DNA from: an uncultured Elusimicrobiaceae bacterium
Lineage (GTDB): Bacteria; Elusimicrobiota; Elusimicrobia; Elusimicrobiales; UBA9959
Length of the DNA stretch: 64,000 nt
NCBI GenBank assembly: GCA_964415175.1
Contig: CAYPYG010000001.1
Location: forward strand, 17,975 to 81,974
Reading direction: 5' to 3'
Part shown: piece after piece, positions 53,560-61,826 of the stretch
Layout of the letters: each line of letters opens with the position of its first letter
Numbering within the stretch: the stretch's first letter is position 1
The notes under the pieces: model-generated
Databases searched by the model: none
Seen by the model: only the letters and a program-made list of their open reading frames with translations
Told to the model about the DNA's origin: nothing
Position numbers and translations under genes: made by a program

Positions 53560-54297
53560 TCAGGCTATCCAGCTCCTGCGGATATTGCGCAGGCTCAGCA
53601 TGAACAAGCCAGCGCAGAAAGCGGCCAGCGCCGCCAGGTCCAGCGCGAAAGGCATTATGTTCCCGCCGCGCACGGCGCCGTGCAGCATGTCCGCGCCGTA
53701 AGTCAGCGGCAGCGCGTAGGCCAGCGGCCGCAATAAGGCCGGCAGGTCAGAGACGGGGAAGAACAGCCCGCACAGGAAAACCATGGGGAAGCGGAAAAAA
53801 TTGGAGAAGGTCTGGGCCTCGAAGACCTCGCTGACCGCCACCGCCACGAAAAGCCCAAGGAAAGTGGAGGCCACGGAGATCAGCAGCACCGCCGGCAAGA
53901 ACGCCGCCCAGTCGAGGCCGCGCAGGTCAATCATAAAAGCCGCCATCACCACGGGCACGAAGGCGTTGGCCACCCCGAACAGTATGGCCCCGGCGGTCTT
54001 GGCCAGCATCAGCAGCTCCAGCGGCACTGGGGCCAGCAGCAGGCGCTCGAAGGAGCGGCTTTTCTTCTCGAAGGTCACCGCCACCGAGAGCAGGGAGGTG
54101 GTGCCGAACAGGATGGACAGCGCGATGACTCCCGGCAGTATCCCGGCCAGGCTCTCCGGCCCGCCGCCGGACTTTATGAAGAACATGCCGGTCCAGGCCA
54201 GCGGGAAGATGATGCCCCAACTGACGTTAGGCGGCTTCAGGTAATAGGTGCGCAGGTCCTTGGCCAGGATGTTCCAGAAGGCGGTCCAGAGCCTCAT
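53560..54297 (-). CDS. ABC-2 type transporter permease
   Basis: Six-TM ABC-2 pattern; ATGA-type overlap with the ATPase gene. Confidence 0.8.
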   Translation of the reverse strand: MRLWTAFWNILAKDLRTYYLKPPNVSWGIIFPLAWTGMFFIKSGGGPESLAGILPGVIALSILFGTTSLLSVAVTFEKKSRSFERLLLAPVPLELLMLAKTAGAILFGVANAFVPVVMAAFMIDLRGLDWAAFLPAVLLISVASTFLGLFVAVAVSEVFEAQTFSNFFRFPMVFLCGLFFPVSDLPALLRPLAYALPLTYGADMLHGAVRGGNIMPFALDLAALAAFCAGLFMLSLRNIRRSWIA

Positions 54298-55268
54298 TGT
54301 TTCCCCCCCGCTCTTTCCTTTTCCTTGCGCATGGCGCCGGCGTCTATGCCCGTCACGCTCACAAAGACGTCCTCAAGGCTAAGCGCTATCTTCCTCGCCT
54401 CGGACACCTCGGCCCCGCCGTCCTCGAGGAACCGCACCAGCGGGCCCACGCGCACGGGGCCGCCGGCCTCCACCCGCACCGCGCCCGGACGCGGGGCGCT
54501 GAAAGCCAGGCCGGGGAAGGCCCCGGCGAGACCGGCAAGGTCCACCGGGCCGGCGCAGGAGATCTCCACCGCGTGTTTGTCCCGTACGGGGCGGACCAGG
54601 TCCTCCACGGTATCGGTCCGCACGACGCGGCCGGACACTATGAAGGCGATGCGGTCGCACAGGCGCTCCGCCTCCTCTATGTAATGGGTGGTCAGGAAGA
54701 TAGTGGTGCCGTCCCGGCGCAATTCTCCGATGAGGCGGCGCAATTCCCTTGCGCTGGCCACGTCTATGCCGGTGGTGGATTCGTCGAGGAACAATATCCG
54801 CGGCTTATGGATGATCCCGGCGGCGATGGTGAGCTTGCGCTTCATGCCCTTGGAATAGGCCGCGAACTTCCGGTCGACCGCTTTCTCCAGCCCGAAGGTC
54901 CGCAGCAGCTCGCGGGCCCTGGACCGGCGTTCGGGCTTGCGGATGCCGTAGAGGGAGGCGCAGAAGCAGAGGTTGTCGAAACCGGAGAGTTCGGGGTAGA
55001 GGTTGCTCTCGTCGGGCACCACGCCGATGAGGTGCTGGGCGCCGCGCGGCTTTTTCACGCAGCCGATCCCGCCTACTTCGACGCTTCCGGCGTCGGGGCG
55101 CGCCAGGCCGGTGAGCATGTTGATGGTGGTGGTCTTGCCCGCCCCGTTGGGGCCGAGGAAACCGAACAGCTCGCCCTCGTACACGTCGAAGTCGGCCGCG
55201 GCCACGGCCCGCACTTCGCCGAAGCTCTTGGCGAGCCCGCGCACGCTTATGACGACACCGGCGCTCAT
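54294..55268 (-). CDS. ABC transporter ATP-binding protein
   Basis: Walker A GPNGAGKTT, signature YSKGMKRKL, Walker B ILFLDEST. ATG 55268 is preferred over the longer track ORF. Confidence 0.9.
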   Translation of the reverse strand: MSAGVVISVRGLAKSFGEVRAVAAADFDVYEGELFGFLGPNGAGKTTTINMLTGLARPDAGSVEVGGIGCVKKPRGAQHLIGVVPDESNLYPELSGFDNLCFCASLYGIRKPERRSRARELLRTFGLEKAVDRKFAAYSKGMKRKLTIAAGIIHKPRILFLDESTTGIDVASARELRRLIGELRRDGTTIFLTTHYIEEAERLCDRIAFIVSGRVVRTDTVEDLVRPVRDKHAVEISCAGPVDLAGLAGAFPGLAFSAPRPGAVRVEAGGPVRVGPLVRFLEDGGAEVSEARKIALSLEDVFVSVTGIDAGAMRKEKERAGGKQ

Positions 55269-55633
55269 GCGGACGTACCGTCCACGGAAGCCGCGGAGAC
55301 CATGTACGTGCCCGCTTCCCTGTCCCACTTCCGCTTCAGCGTTCCTTTTTCCTCCATTATCAGGATGACCCCGGCCAGCTCTTCGGTATCGTTGTAGAGG
55401 TCGGCAATAAGCCGGTCCTGGCGCAGGGGCCCGCCATGCTGGCGCAGCATGGACAGGATCTCCCGCTCCGGCAGCGACAGCACCTCCCTCTCCCGCGGCG
55501 TCAGGCCGTCGGAAGCCGTCATCCTCCTGTAGCTCAGCCACACGATGACCGCTACCGCCAGCAGCAAACCGACGATGATCACCGTAACCATCCACGGCTC
55601 GAAGGCCGCGGCGGAGTAGTGACCGTGCCTCAC
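55265..55633 (-). CDS. Membrane-anchored winged-helix (MarR-like) protein
   Basis: One TM helix followed by a wHTH-like region (EREILSMLRQHGGPLRQDRLIADL). The GTG start overlaps the small ORF stop (GTGA). Confidence 0.5.
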   Translation of the reverse strand: MRHGHYSAAAFEPWMVTVIIVGLLLAVAVIVWLSYRRMTASDGLTPREREVLSLPEREILSMLRQHGGPLRQDRLIADLYNDTEELAGVILIMEEKGTLKRKWDREAGTYMVSAASVDGTSA

Positions 55634-55785
55634 GCCCCGCTCTTCCCGGCGCGTTTTTCAGTGTTCGGCGCGCACGGATGCGTTTTAACGTCGCCGTGGC
55701 ACTTCTTTATCTGCGCGGCCGAGCAGCCGCTCGCGCGGCCCTTGCGGTCCGCCGGTCTCAGGCACTTCGTTTTTCCCTGGCACAT
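55630..55785 (-). CDS. Unannotated 51-aa Cys/His-rich small protein (MCQGKTKCLRPADRKGRASGCSAAQIKKCHGDVKTHPCAPNTEKRAGKSGA)
   Basis: My own translation. A strong AGGAGG lies 7 nt upstream of the ATG. The stop is coupled by a GTGA overlap to the next gene. The ORF is below the track length cut-off. Confidence 0.45.
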   Translation of the reverse strand: MCQGKTKCLRPADRKGRASGCSAAQIKKCHGDVKTHPCAPNTEKRAGKSGA

Positions 55786-56105
55786 AAGCTTCCTCCTTTT
55801 TTATCCCTCTTGCGCGCAAACAACGCGTTTAGCGCCCCGCGGCAGCGCGCCATTGCGTCCGGCGCGGCCCGGTAATGCATGAAATAGCCGCGCCGCACCG
55901 CTTTTACCAGCCCGGCCTTCCTTAAAACGTTGAGATGCTGCGAGACCGCGCCGGCCGAAAGGCCGAGGCGGCGCGAAAGCGCCCCCACGCAAAGCGCGCC
56001 GCCGGCGAGCTGCCCCAATATCCGTACGCGGCTCTGCGCAGAGAGGGCATTGAAGAGCCCGCAAAGGGCTTTTTCGGAACCGGCTAGGCGCATTTGTTTT
56101 AGCAT
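55758..56105 (-). CDS. ArsR/SmtB family transcriptional regulator
   Basis: wHTH region RVRILGQLAGGALCVGALSRRLGLSAGAVSQHLNVLRKAGLV. The alternative start ATG 56093 fits a leaderless geometry. Confidence 0.85.
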   Translation of the reverse strand: MLKQMRLAGSEKALCGLFNALSAQSRVRILGQLAGGALCVGALSRRLGLSAGAVSQHLNVLRKAGLVKAVRRGYFMHYRAAPDAMARCRGALNALFARKRDKKGGSLCAREKRSA

Positions 56106-56119
56106 ACACTAAAACAAAT
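56092..56119. promoter_or_regulatory. Perfect 10-bp inverted repeat ATTTGTTTTA-N8-TAAAACAAAT overlapping the arsR start and -10 region (candidate ArsR operator)
   Basis: Exact palindrome read directly. TTGACC-N17-TATGCT promoter-like hexamers lie on the minus strand at the same place. Confidence 0.5.
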
Positions 56120-56139
56120 CATGGGTCAAGGCCAGGGCG

Positions 56140-56520
56140 GGTGCGACGACCACACGGGAGCCAGGCGCGCCCGGCCCGGCCCCTTCCCTTACGGTCCCCG
56201 TTCCCGCTCCCCCCCGGTGGCCGCTTTACATTAACAGGAAAGACCACCGCGGCGGCCGCAGCAGGCCGTCTGACGAGCATAGCTCTTGATACGGCACGGG
56301 CATAGGCCGGTAGAGCCGCCGGGGGCGTTAATAAGAGCGGGCATCCTTGGGAGCAGGTGCGACGGCGCATAGTGCCGGAGCCCTGCGAACGGCCTTCCTA
56401 GCGGCAAGGAACAGTGCGGGGCCACGCTGCGTGGCCACGCCTGCGACGACATCTCAATGTAAATTAGAATTTCATCCTGAAAACACCACCAAATTTCTCC
56501 CCGGAGAGATTTGGCATCTG
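56140..56520 (+). other. GC-rich non-coding region with local hairpins and repeated GTGCGACG motif; unassigned candidate structured RNA or leader
   Basis: No credible ORF. Motif copies at 56141, 56357 and 56441; hairpins at 56420-56436 and 56489-56514; followed by a terminator. Confidence 0.35.
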
Positions 56521-56573
56521 CAAAACCCGCCAGCGACCGCCAGCAGTTTTCACCAGGACGGCGGGGAGTTAAG

Positions 56574-56609
56574 AAAGCCGCGCTTTAAAGGCGCGGCTTT
56601 TCGTTCTTT
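56574..56609 (+). terminator. Intrinsic terminator-like hairpin
   Basis: AAAGCCGCGC-TTTAAAG-GCGCGGCTTT followed by TCGTTCTTT. Confidence 0.6.
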
Positions 56610-56681
56610 CCCGGCGGCGCGAAAGCGAGCGAGAGAGCGGACTGGCGCCGCCGCGCCCATTAATAATATAGTGTCTTCCGA

Positions 56682-58796
56682 ATGGGTACAGGGGATACGC
56701 GGGAACCGGCCGCCGCGCCGTATTTCGCCGCGGCCATCTTCCTCGGCGCCTTCCTGCTTTTCCAGGTGCAGCCGATGATGGCCAAGGCCATACTGCCCTG
56801 GTTCGGCGGCGCGCAGGCGGTCTGGACCACCTGCATGCTGTTCTTCCAGACGGCGCTGCTGGGCGGTTATCTCTACGCCCACCTCCTCACCACCCGTCTC
56901 AGGCCGGACGCGCAGACGGCGCTGCACCTGGCGCTGCTCCTGCTCAGCGCGCTCTTCATACGCATACTGCCCTCGGCCGACTGGCGCCCGCTTAACAGCG
57001 GGGCTCCCGCGTTCAGGATACTGCTGCTGCTGGCGGTCAATGTCGGTCTGCCGTTCTTCCTGCTCTCCGCCACCAGCCCGCTGCTGCAGTCCTGGTACGG
57101 CGCGGCGGCGCCGGGCAGTTCCCCCTACAGGCTCTACGCTCTCTCCAACGCGGGGTCGATGCTGGCGCTGCTCAGCTATCCTTTCCTGGTGGAACCCTTC
57201 CTCGAACTGCGCGCGCAGGCCGGCCTGTGGGGCATCCTCTATATACTCTTCGCGATAGCGCTCTGGCGTTCCTCCCGGGTCTATCTGGCCGCCCGGCCGG
57301 GCCCGCTTCCGGCGCCGTGGTCCGCCGCCGCGGCCGGCCGCCCCCCGGCCTCCGCGATCGCGTTCTGGACGCTGCTCGCCGCCTGCGGCTCGGCGATACT
57401 GCTCTCGGGCACGGCGCAGCTGACGCAGAACGTGGCGCCGGCGCCTTTCCTCTGGATACTGCCTCTCTCTCTCTACCTGCTCTCTTTCATCCTCTGCTTC
57501 GAGAGCGACCGCTGGTACTCGCGCGGCAGGTGGACGGTCTATTTCGGCTTCGCCTGCGCCGGAACGGTCTACCTCCTGTCCGCCTGGATAAAGACGCCGC
57601 TGGCGCTGCAGCTGCCCATACATTCGCTCTCGATCTTCATCGCCTGCATGGTCTGCCACGGCGAACTGGCAGCGCTCCGTCCCGCAGCGGGGCACCTGAC
57701 GCTCTTTTATGTCGCGGTCTCGGCCGGCGGCGCGCTGGGCGGACTGCTGACGGCGCTGGGCGCGCCGCTGCTGCTGGACGGGCCGTGGGAATACCACATC
57801 GCCTGGGGCACGCTGGCGGCCGCGGTGCTGGTCCTGCTCGCCGGCCGGGCCGGCCTGCGCTCCGGGCGCGCGCGCCTCGGCGGCGCGGCGCTGCTGGCCC
57901 TCTACGGCGGCTTCGTCTACGCGCTTTACGCCAATTATTCCGAGGAATCCTCCTCGCGCCTGGACATGCGGCGCAACTTCTACGGCACGCTGCAGGTCTA
58001 TGAATGGGAGCATTACGGCGCGCAGGCCCTGACCCTGATGCACGGCCAGATCGACCACGGCTTCCAGTTCCTCGAAGGGGACCCGCGCAGGGACAGGCCG
58101 GTCTCCTATTACGGGCCGGACTCGGGCGCCGGGGCGGCGGTGCGCGCGCTGCGCCGCAGGCGGGGCGGCCGGGCGGGGCTGGAAATGGGCGTCGTCGGGC
58201 TGGGGGCCGGCATCATGGCCGCCTGGGGCCGGAGCGGCGACAGGCTGACCTTCTACGAGCTCAACCCGCTGGTGACGCGGCTGAGCTACGCCTATTTCAC
58301 CTACCTCGATTCGACGCGCGCCGGCGTGGCGGTGGTCATGGGCGACGCGCGGCTGAGCCTGGAACGCGAAGCGGCCGGGAAGGCGCGCCGTCAGGACCTG
58401 CTGGTCCTCGACGCTTTCAGCAGCGACGCCATACCGCTGCACCTCCTCACGCGCGAAGCCTTCGAAGTCTATTTCAGGCGGCTCAAGCCCGGCGGAGTGC
58501 TCGCCGTGCACGTATCCAACCGTTTCCTGGACCTGGAACCGCTGGTGGCCGGTCTCGCGGAGGAACGCGGCCTGGCCTGGACGGTGACGGACTCTTACGA
58601 GGTCCCGGAGGACGGCGCCTCGGCCAGCACCTGGGTGCTGGTCAGCGCCGACGCGGAACTCCTGTCGGGCCCGCCGGTCTCGAGCCGTTCGCGCGGGCTG
58701 GAGGAAGGCCGCGCGCCGCTGGTCTTCACGGACCGCCACAGCGATCTCTTCAGGCTCATCCGCGGCGGCTGGCTGGCCGGGGCGGACATGGAATGA
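56682..58796 (+). CDS. Polytopic membrane domain fused to a spermidine-synthase-like methyltransferase fold
   Basis: About 12 TM helices in the N-terminal two-thirds; C-terminal LLVLDAFSSDAIPLHLLTREAF...LKPGGVLAVHVSN is typical of spermidine-synthase-like proteins. Confidence 0.75.
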   Translation: MGTGDTREPAAAPYFAAAIFLGAFLLFQVQPMMAKAILPWFGGAQAVWTTCMLFFQTALLGGYLYAHLLTTRLRPDAQTALHLALLLLSALFIRILPSADWRPLNSGAPAFRILLLLAVNVGLPFFLLSATSPLLQSWYGAAAPGSSPYRLYALSNAGSMLALLSYPFLVEPFLELRAQAGLWGILYILFAIALWRSSRVYLAARPGPLPAPWSAAAAGRPPASAIAFWTLLAACGSAILLSGTAQLTQNVAPAPFLWILPLSLYLLSFILCFESDRWYSRGRWTVYFGFACAGTVYLLSAWIKTPLALQLPIHSLSIFIACMVCHGELAALRPAAGHLTLFYVAVSAGGALGGLLTALGAPLLLDGPWEYHIAWGTLAAAVLVLLAGRAGLRSGRARLGGAALLALYGGFVYALYANYSEESSSRLDMRRNFYGTLQVYEWEHYGAQALTLMHGQIDHGFQFLEGDPRRDRPVSYYGPDSGAGAAVRALRRRRGGRAGLEMGVVGLGAGIMAAWGRSGDRLTFYELNPLVTRLSYAYFTYLDSTRAGVAVVMGDARLSLEREAAGKARRQDLLVLDAFSSDAIPLHLLTREAFEVYFRRLKPGGVLAVHVSNRFLDLEPLVAGLAEERGLAWTVTDSYEVPEDGASASTWVLVSADAELLSGPPVSSRSRGLEEGRAPLVFTDRHSDLFRLIRGGWLAGADME

Positions 58797-58841
58797 GCAT
58801 CTGAAAGCGGCCGGACGGGCCCCGGCCGCCGCGGAGGAAAA

Positions 58842-60059
58842 ATGAAAGTAATATCGACAGCGCTGCTCCTGCTCCTGCCCTGGCCGGCGGCGGCCAGGAT
58901 AGAGGACAGGACCGAAGAACTTTATACGGCCGCCGCGGCCGGCGACCTGAAGACCGTCAGGGCCATACTGGAGGAGAGCGACCAGAACGTGAACGTCTCC
59001 TACGACGACAACGACACCTCCCCCCTGATGCTGGCCTGCCGGGCGGGGAACGAGGAACTGGCGGAACTGCTGATAAAACATGGCGCGGACATCGCGGCCG
59101 TGGACGCCGGCGGCAGGCCGGTGGAAGAATACCTCCTCCCGCCGGCCGGGCCCGCGCATAAGCGGCTGCGCCGGCTGCTGTACGCGGCGGCGGCCGAAAA
59201 GAGCGTACAGCTGCCCTACGCCTGGTCGACGCTTTTCATGCCCGACCCCGCCTCTTCCCCGGCGCTCTCCCCCGACCCCCAGGTACTGCCCGCGGGCAAC
59301 GCCGCCGACGGCGACCCTGCCACCGCCTGGGCGGCGAAAGGGACCGGCGCGGAACTGTGGCTTTTCATAAATCCCGGGGCCTCTTCGCTGCGCGTGAGCA
59401 ACGGCTGCGCGAAAACCAGGGCGCTCTTCAAGGCCAATAACCGCGCGAAGAAACTGGCCGTCTCAGTCTGGACCGCCGAGCATCTGGACGGCGACGTCAC
59501 GGAAACGGCGCGCGCCTGGAAAGCCGCCAGACTGACCGCGGACGCCGCGCTGCAACTCAAGGACGCCCCGGAAACGCAGGAGTTGCCCCTTCCTTTCAAC
59601 TGGGAGGAACTGCGTTTCAGGCGGGCGGAAGCCGTCTCTTCCCTGATGAAGCGGGCCGATTACCGCGGCAGGAAGCGGCTCTATTCCTCCTTCGTCCTGC
59701 GCCTGGAACCCCTGGAGGTGTACCGCGGCTCCGGATCCGGCGACACCTGCGTCTCCGAGCTCGCCGCCGGCGGCCGCTGGCTTAACGAGGCCGCGCTGCC
59801 GGGCGTCTGGGAACGGCCTTACGGCGGCGCGAGCGAGACGATATCGCTTTCCACCCCGCAGGAACGCCTCTATTCGCTCAAACGGGGGGACAAGACCCTG
59901 CATTCGGGCAACTGGCGCGTCGAGGACGGTCTGCTGGTCATGGAGCACGAGGCGGGCGCCGCGCGCTACGGGGCCTTCGTGGAGACGCGAGGCGGGAAGA
60001 AGACCCTCCGCCTGACCGGCGAAGGCGGCGAAACGCTTATTTACCGGCCGGCGCGCTGA
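58842..60059 (+). CDS. Secreted ankyrin-repeat protein with discoidin-like middle domain
   Basis: Signal peptide; ANK units (LYTAAAAGDLKTVRAIL, SPLMLACRAGNEELAELLIKHGADI); NAADGDPATAWA...G.ELW motif. Confidence 0.65.
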   Translation: MKVISTALLLLLPWPAAARIEDRTEELYTAAAAGDLKTVRAILEESDQNVNVSYDDNDTSPLMLACRAGNEELAELLIKHGADIAAVDAGGRPVEEYLLPPAGPAHKRLRRLLYAAAAEKSVQLPYAWSTLFMPDPASSPALSPDPQVLPAGNAADGDPATAWAAKGTGAELWLFINPGASSLRVSNGCAKTRALFKANNRAKKLAVSVWTAEHLDGDVTETARAWKAARLTADAALQLKDAPETQELPLPFNWEELRFRRAEAVSSLMKRADYRGRKRLYSSFVLRLEPLEVYRGSGSGDTCVSELAAGGRWLNEAALPGVWERPYGGASETISLSTPQERLYSLKRGDKTLHSGNWRVEDGLLVMEHEAGAARYGAFVETRGGKKTLRLTGEGGETLIYRPAR

Positions 60060-60123
60060 ACGAGCGCCGCCGCCGTTTTGAGCGCCTTTTCCAGGTCGTC
60101 GGCCAAGACCGGGGAAAGAGGGC

Positions 60124-61722
60124 TCAGTTCCCGGCCTGCCGGGGCGGGGGAAGCTTGGAAAGGACCACCTTCGGGTGGCGCTCAAGGAAATATTTGCAGT
60201 CCCACTCGCGCGCGAAGAGCAGCACGGGCCTGCCGTCCGGGTCCCCCGCGAGGCGCGCGCCCGTAGGCAGCATGTCCTCGGTGACCGGCTCCGAACCCGC
60301 GCCCAGCCAGCGCAGCACTTCCCAGCCTGTCTGCTCCAGCCGCGCGTCGGCGCCGTACTCGTTGGCGAGGCGGTACTGCAGCACTTCGAACTGCAGCGGT
60401 CCGACCGCGCCCAGCAGCGGCACCCGCGACTGGGAACTGGGGATATTGAAGGTCTGCACCACGCCCTCCCGCAGCAGGTGGTCGAAGCCCGCGCGGAACC
60501 GCTTGAACTGCGCCGTGTTGCTGCAGTGCAGGAAAGCCAGGTGCTCTGGCGGGAACCGCGGCACCTCGGGATAGATTATCGACGGGTCCTCGGTCAGAGT
60601 GTCGCCTATGCGGAACTCCTCGTGGCCGACTATGCCGATCACGTCTCCGGCATAGGCTTCGTCCACCGTCTCGCGCTCGCGGCCGAAGAGCTTGTGGGAG
60701 CTGGAGATGCGCAGCGTCTCCTTCGTGCGGGCGTTGAAGACCTTCATGTCGCGCTCGAACCGCCCCGAACAGACGCGCAGGAAGGCTATCTGGTCGCGGT
60801 GCTTGGGGTCCATGTTCGACTGTATCTTGAAGACGAAACCGGAGAAGCGCGGATCGTCCACGGGCACCGGGCCGGAGACCGCCGACTGGGGGCGCGGCTC
60901 CGGCGCCATGGCCAGGAAATTGTCCAGCAGCAGCTGCACGCCGAAATTATTGACCGCGCTGCCGAAGAAGACCGGCGTCAGGTCCCCCTTGAGCACGGCC
61001 TCCCGGTCGAAAGCGTCGCCCACCGCGTCGAGCATCGAGACTTCCTCCAGGAAACGGGCGGTCGAGACGGCGTCCGCCCTGCCGGTCAGTTCCTTGCCTA
61101 GGTCCTTCACCACCGTCAGCGGCGCGCGGTAGGCGCCGCCGGGCACGCGCTCGAAAAGATGCAGGTCGCGCGAGCGCCTGTCATAGACGCCCTTGAAATC
61201 GGAACCCATTCCCAGCGGCCAGTTGACGGGATAGGTCTGCAGCTGCAGCGACTTGTCTATCTCGTCGAGGAGCTCCAGCGGCTCCCTCGCCGGGCGGTCC
61301 ATCTTGTTCACGAAAGTGAAGATCGGGATCTGCCTCATGCGGCAGATCTCGAAAAGCTTGAGCGTCTGCGCCTCTATGCCCTTGGCCGCGTCGAGCACCA
61401 TGATGACCGAGTCCACGGCCATCAGGACGCGGTAGGTGTCCTCCGAGAAATCGCGGTGGCCGGGGGTATCGAGCAGGTTGACCTTGCGGCCGCCGTAGTC
61501 GAACTGCAGGACGGTGGAACTTACCGAGATACCGCGCTTCTTCTCCAGCTCCATCCAGTCCGACGAGGTGCTCTGCTGCTTGCGGCGGGCGGTGACCGAG
61601 CCGGCCAGCTGCACGGCGCCGCCGTAGAGCAGGAATTTTTCCGTCAGCGTGGTCTTGCCGGCGTCCGGGTGCGAAATGATGGCGAAAGTGCGCCTCTTGG
61701 CTATCTCTTTGGGGTTTATCAT
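60124..61722 (-). CDS. prfC: Peptide chain release factor 3
   Basis: GTPase motifs AIISHPDAGKTT, DTPGH and NKMD; full-length RF3 resemblance. Confidence 0.9.
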   Translation of the reverse strand: MINPKEIAKRRTFAIISHPDAGKTTLTEKFLLYGGAVQLAGSVTARRKQQSTSSDWMELEKKRGISVSSTVLQFDYGGRKVNLLDTPGHRDFSEDTYRVLMAVDSVIMVLDAAKGIEAQTLKLFEICRMRQIPIFTFVNKMDRPAREPLELLDEIDKSLQLQTYPVNWPLGMGSDFKGVYDRRSRDLHLFERVPGGAYRAPLTVVKDLGKELTGRADAVSTARFLEEVSMLDAVGDAFDREAVLKGDLTPVFFGSAVNNFGVQLLLDNFLAMAPEPRPQSAVSGPVPVDDPRFSGFVFKIQSNMDPKHRDQIAFLRVCSGRFERDMKVFNARTKETLRISSSHKLFGRERETVDEAYAGDVIGIVGHEEFRIGDTLTEDPSIIYPEVPRFPPEHLAFLHCSNTAQFKRFRAGFDHLLREGVVQTFNIPSSQSRVPLLGAVGPLQFEVLQYRLANEYGADARLEQTGWEVLRWLGAGSEPVTEDMLPTGARLAGDPDGRPVLLFAREWDCKYFLERHPKVVLSKLPPPRQAGN

Positions 61723-61731
61723 AAAGGATAA

Positions 61732-61826
61732 AGGGGACGTTGTTTAGTTCTTTAGTTTTCGCTGTGCCGGGGGCCTAATAGGGGTCGCTGAAGGGTCGAA
61801 AACTAAAGAACTAAACAACGTCCCCT
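61732..61826. repeat. Palindromic element copy C: perfect 30-bp inverted repeat (AGGGGACGTTGTTTAGTTCTTTAGTTTTCG / reverse complement) with a 35-nt loop
   Basis: Arms 61732-61761 and 61797-61826 are exact reverse complements. They share the AGGGGACG terminus with copies A and B. Confidence 0.9.

Noticed and set aside
56120-56610. Possible RNase P RNA, tmRNA, SRP RNA, cobalamin/SAM/TPP/guanidine riboswitch, or ORF-less group II intron (a GTGCGAC motif resembles intron 5' ends).
   Set aside because: By eye the hallmark sequences are missing:
- No GAGGAAAGUCC / ACAGAA pair for RNase P (only AGGAAAGACC).
- No tRNA-like acceptor/T-arm or tag ORF for tmRNA.
- No GGAA-closed SRP helix 8.
- No B12 box in the proper position.
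- No domain V hairpin or reverse transcriptase for a group II intron.
The region is left unassigned rather than named.
56550-59159. 869-aa minus-strand ORF antisense to the spermidine-synthase-like gene, and alternate-frame plus-strand ORFs at 57227-58003 and 58004-58804.
   Set aside because: These are R/G/P/A-rich shadow translations. The plus-strand 56682-58796 frame gives coherent TM helices and a spermidine-synthase-like C-terminal domain.
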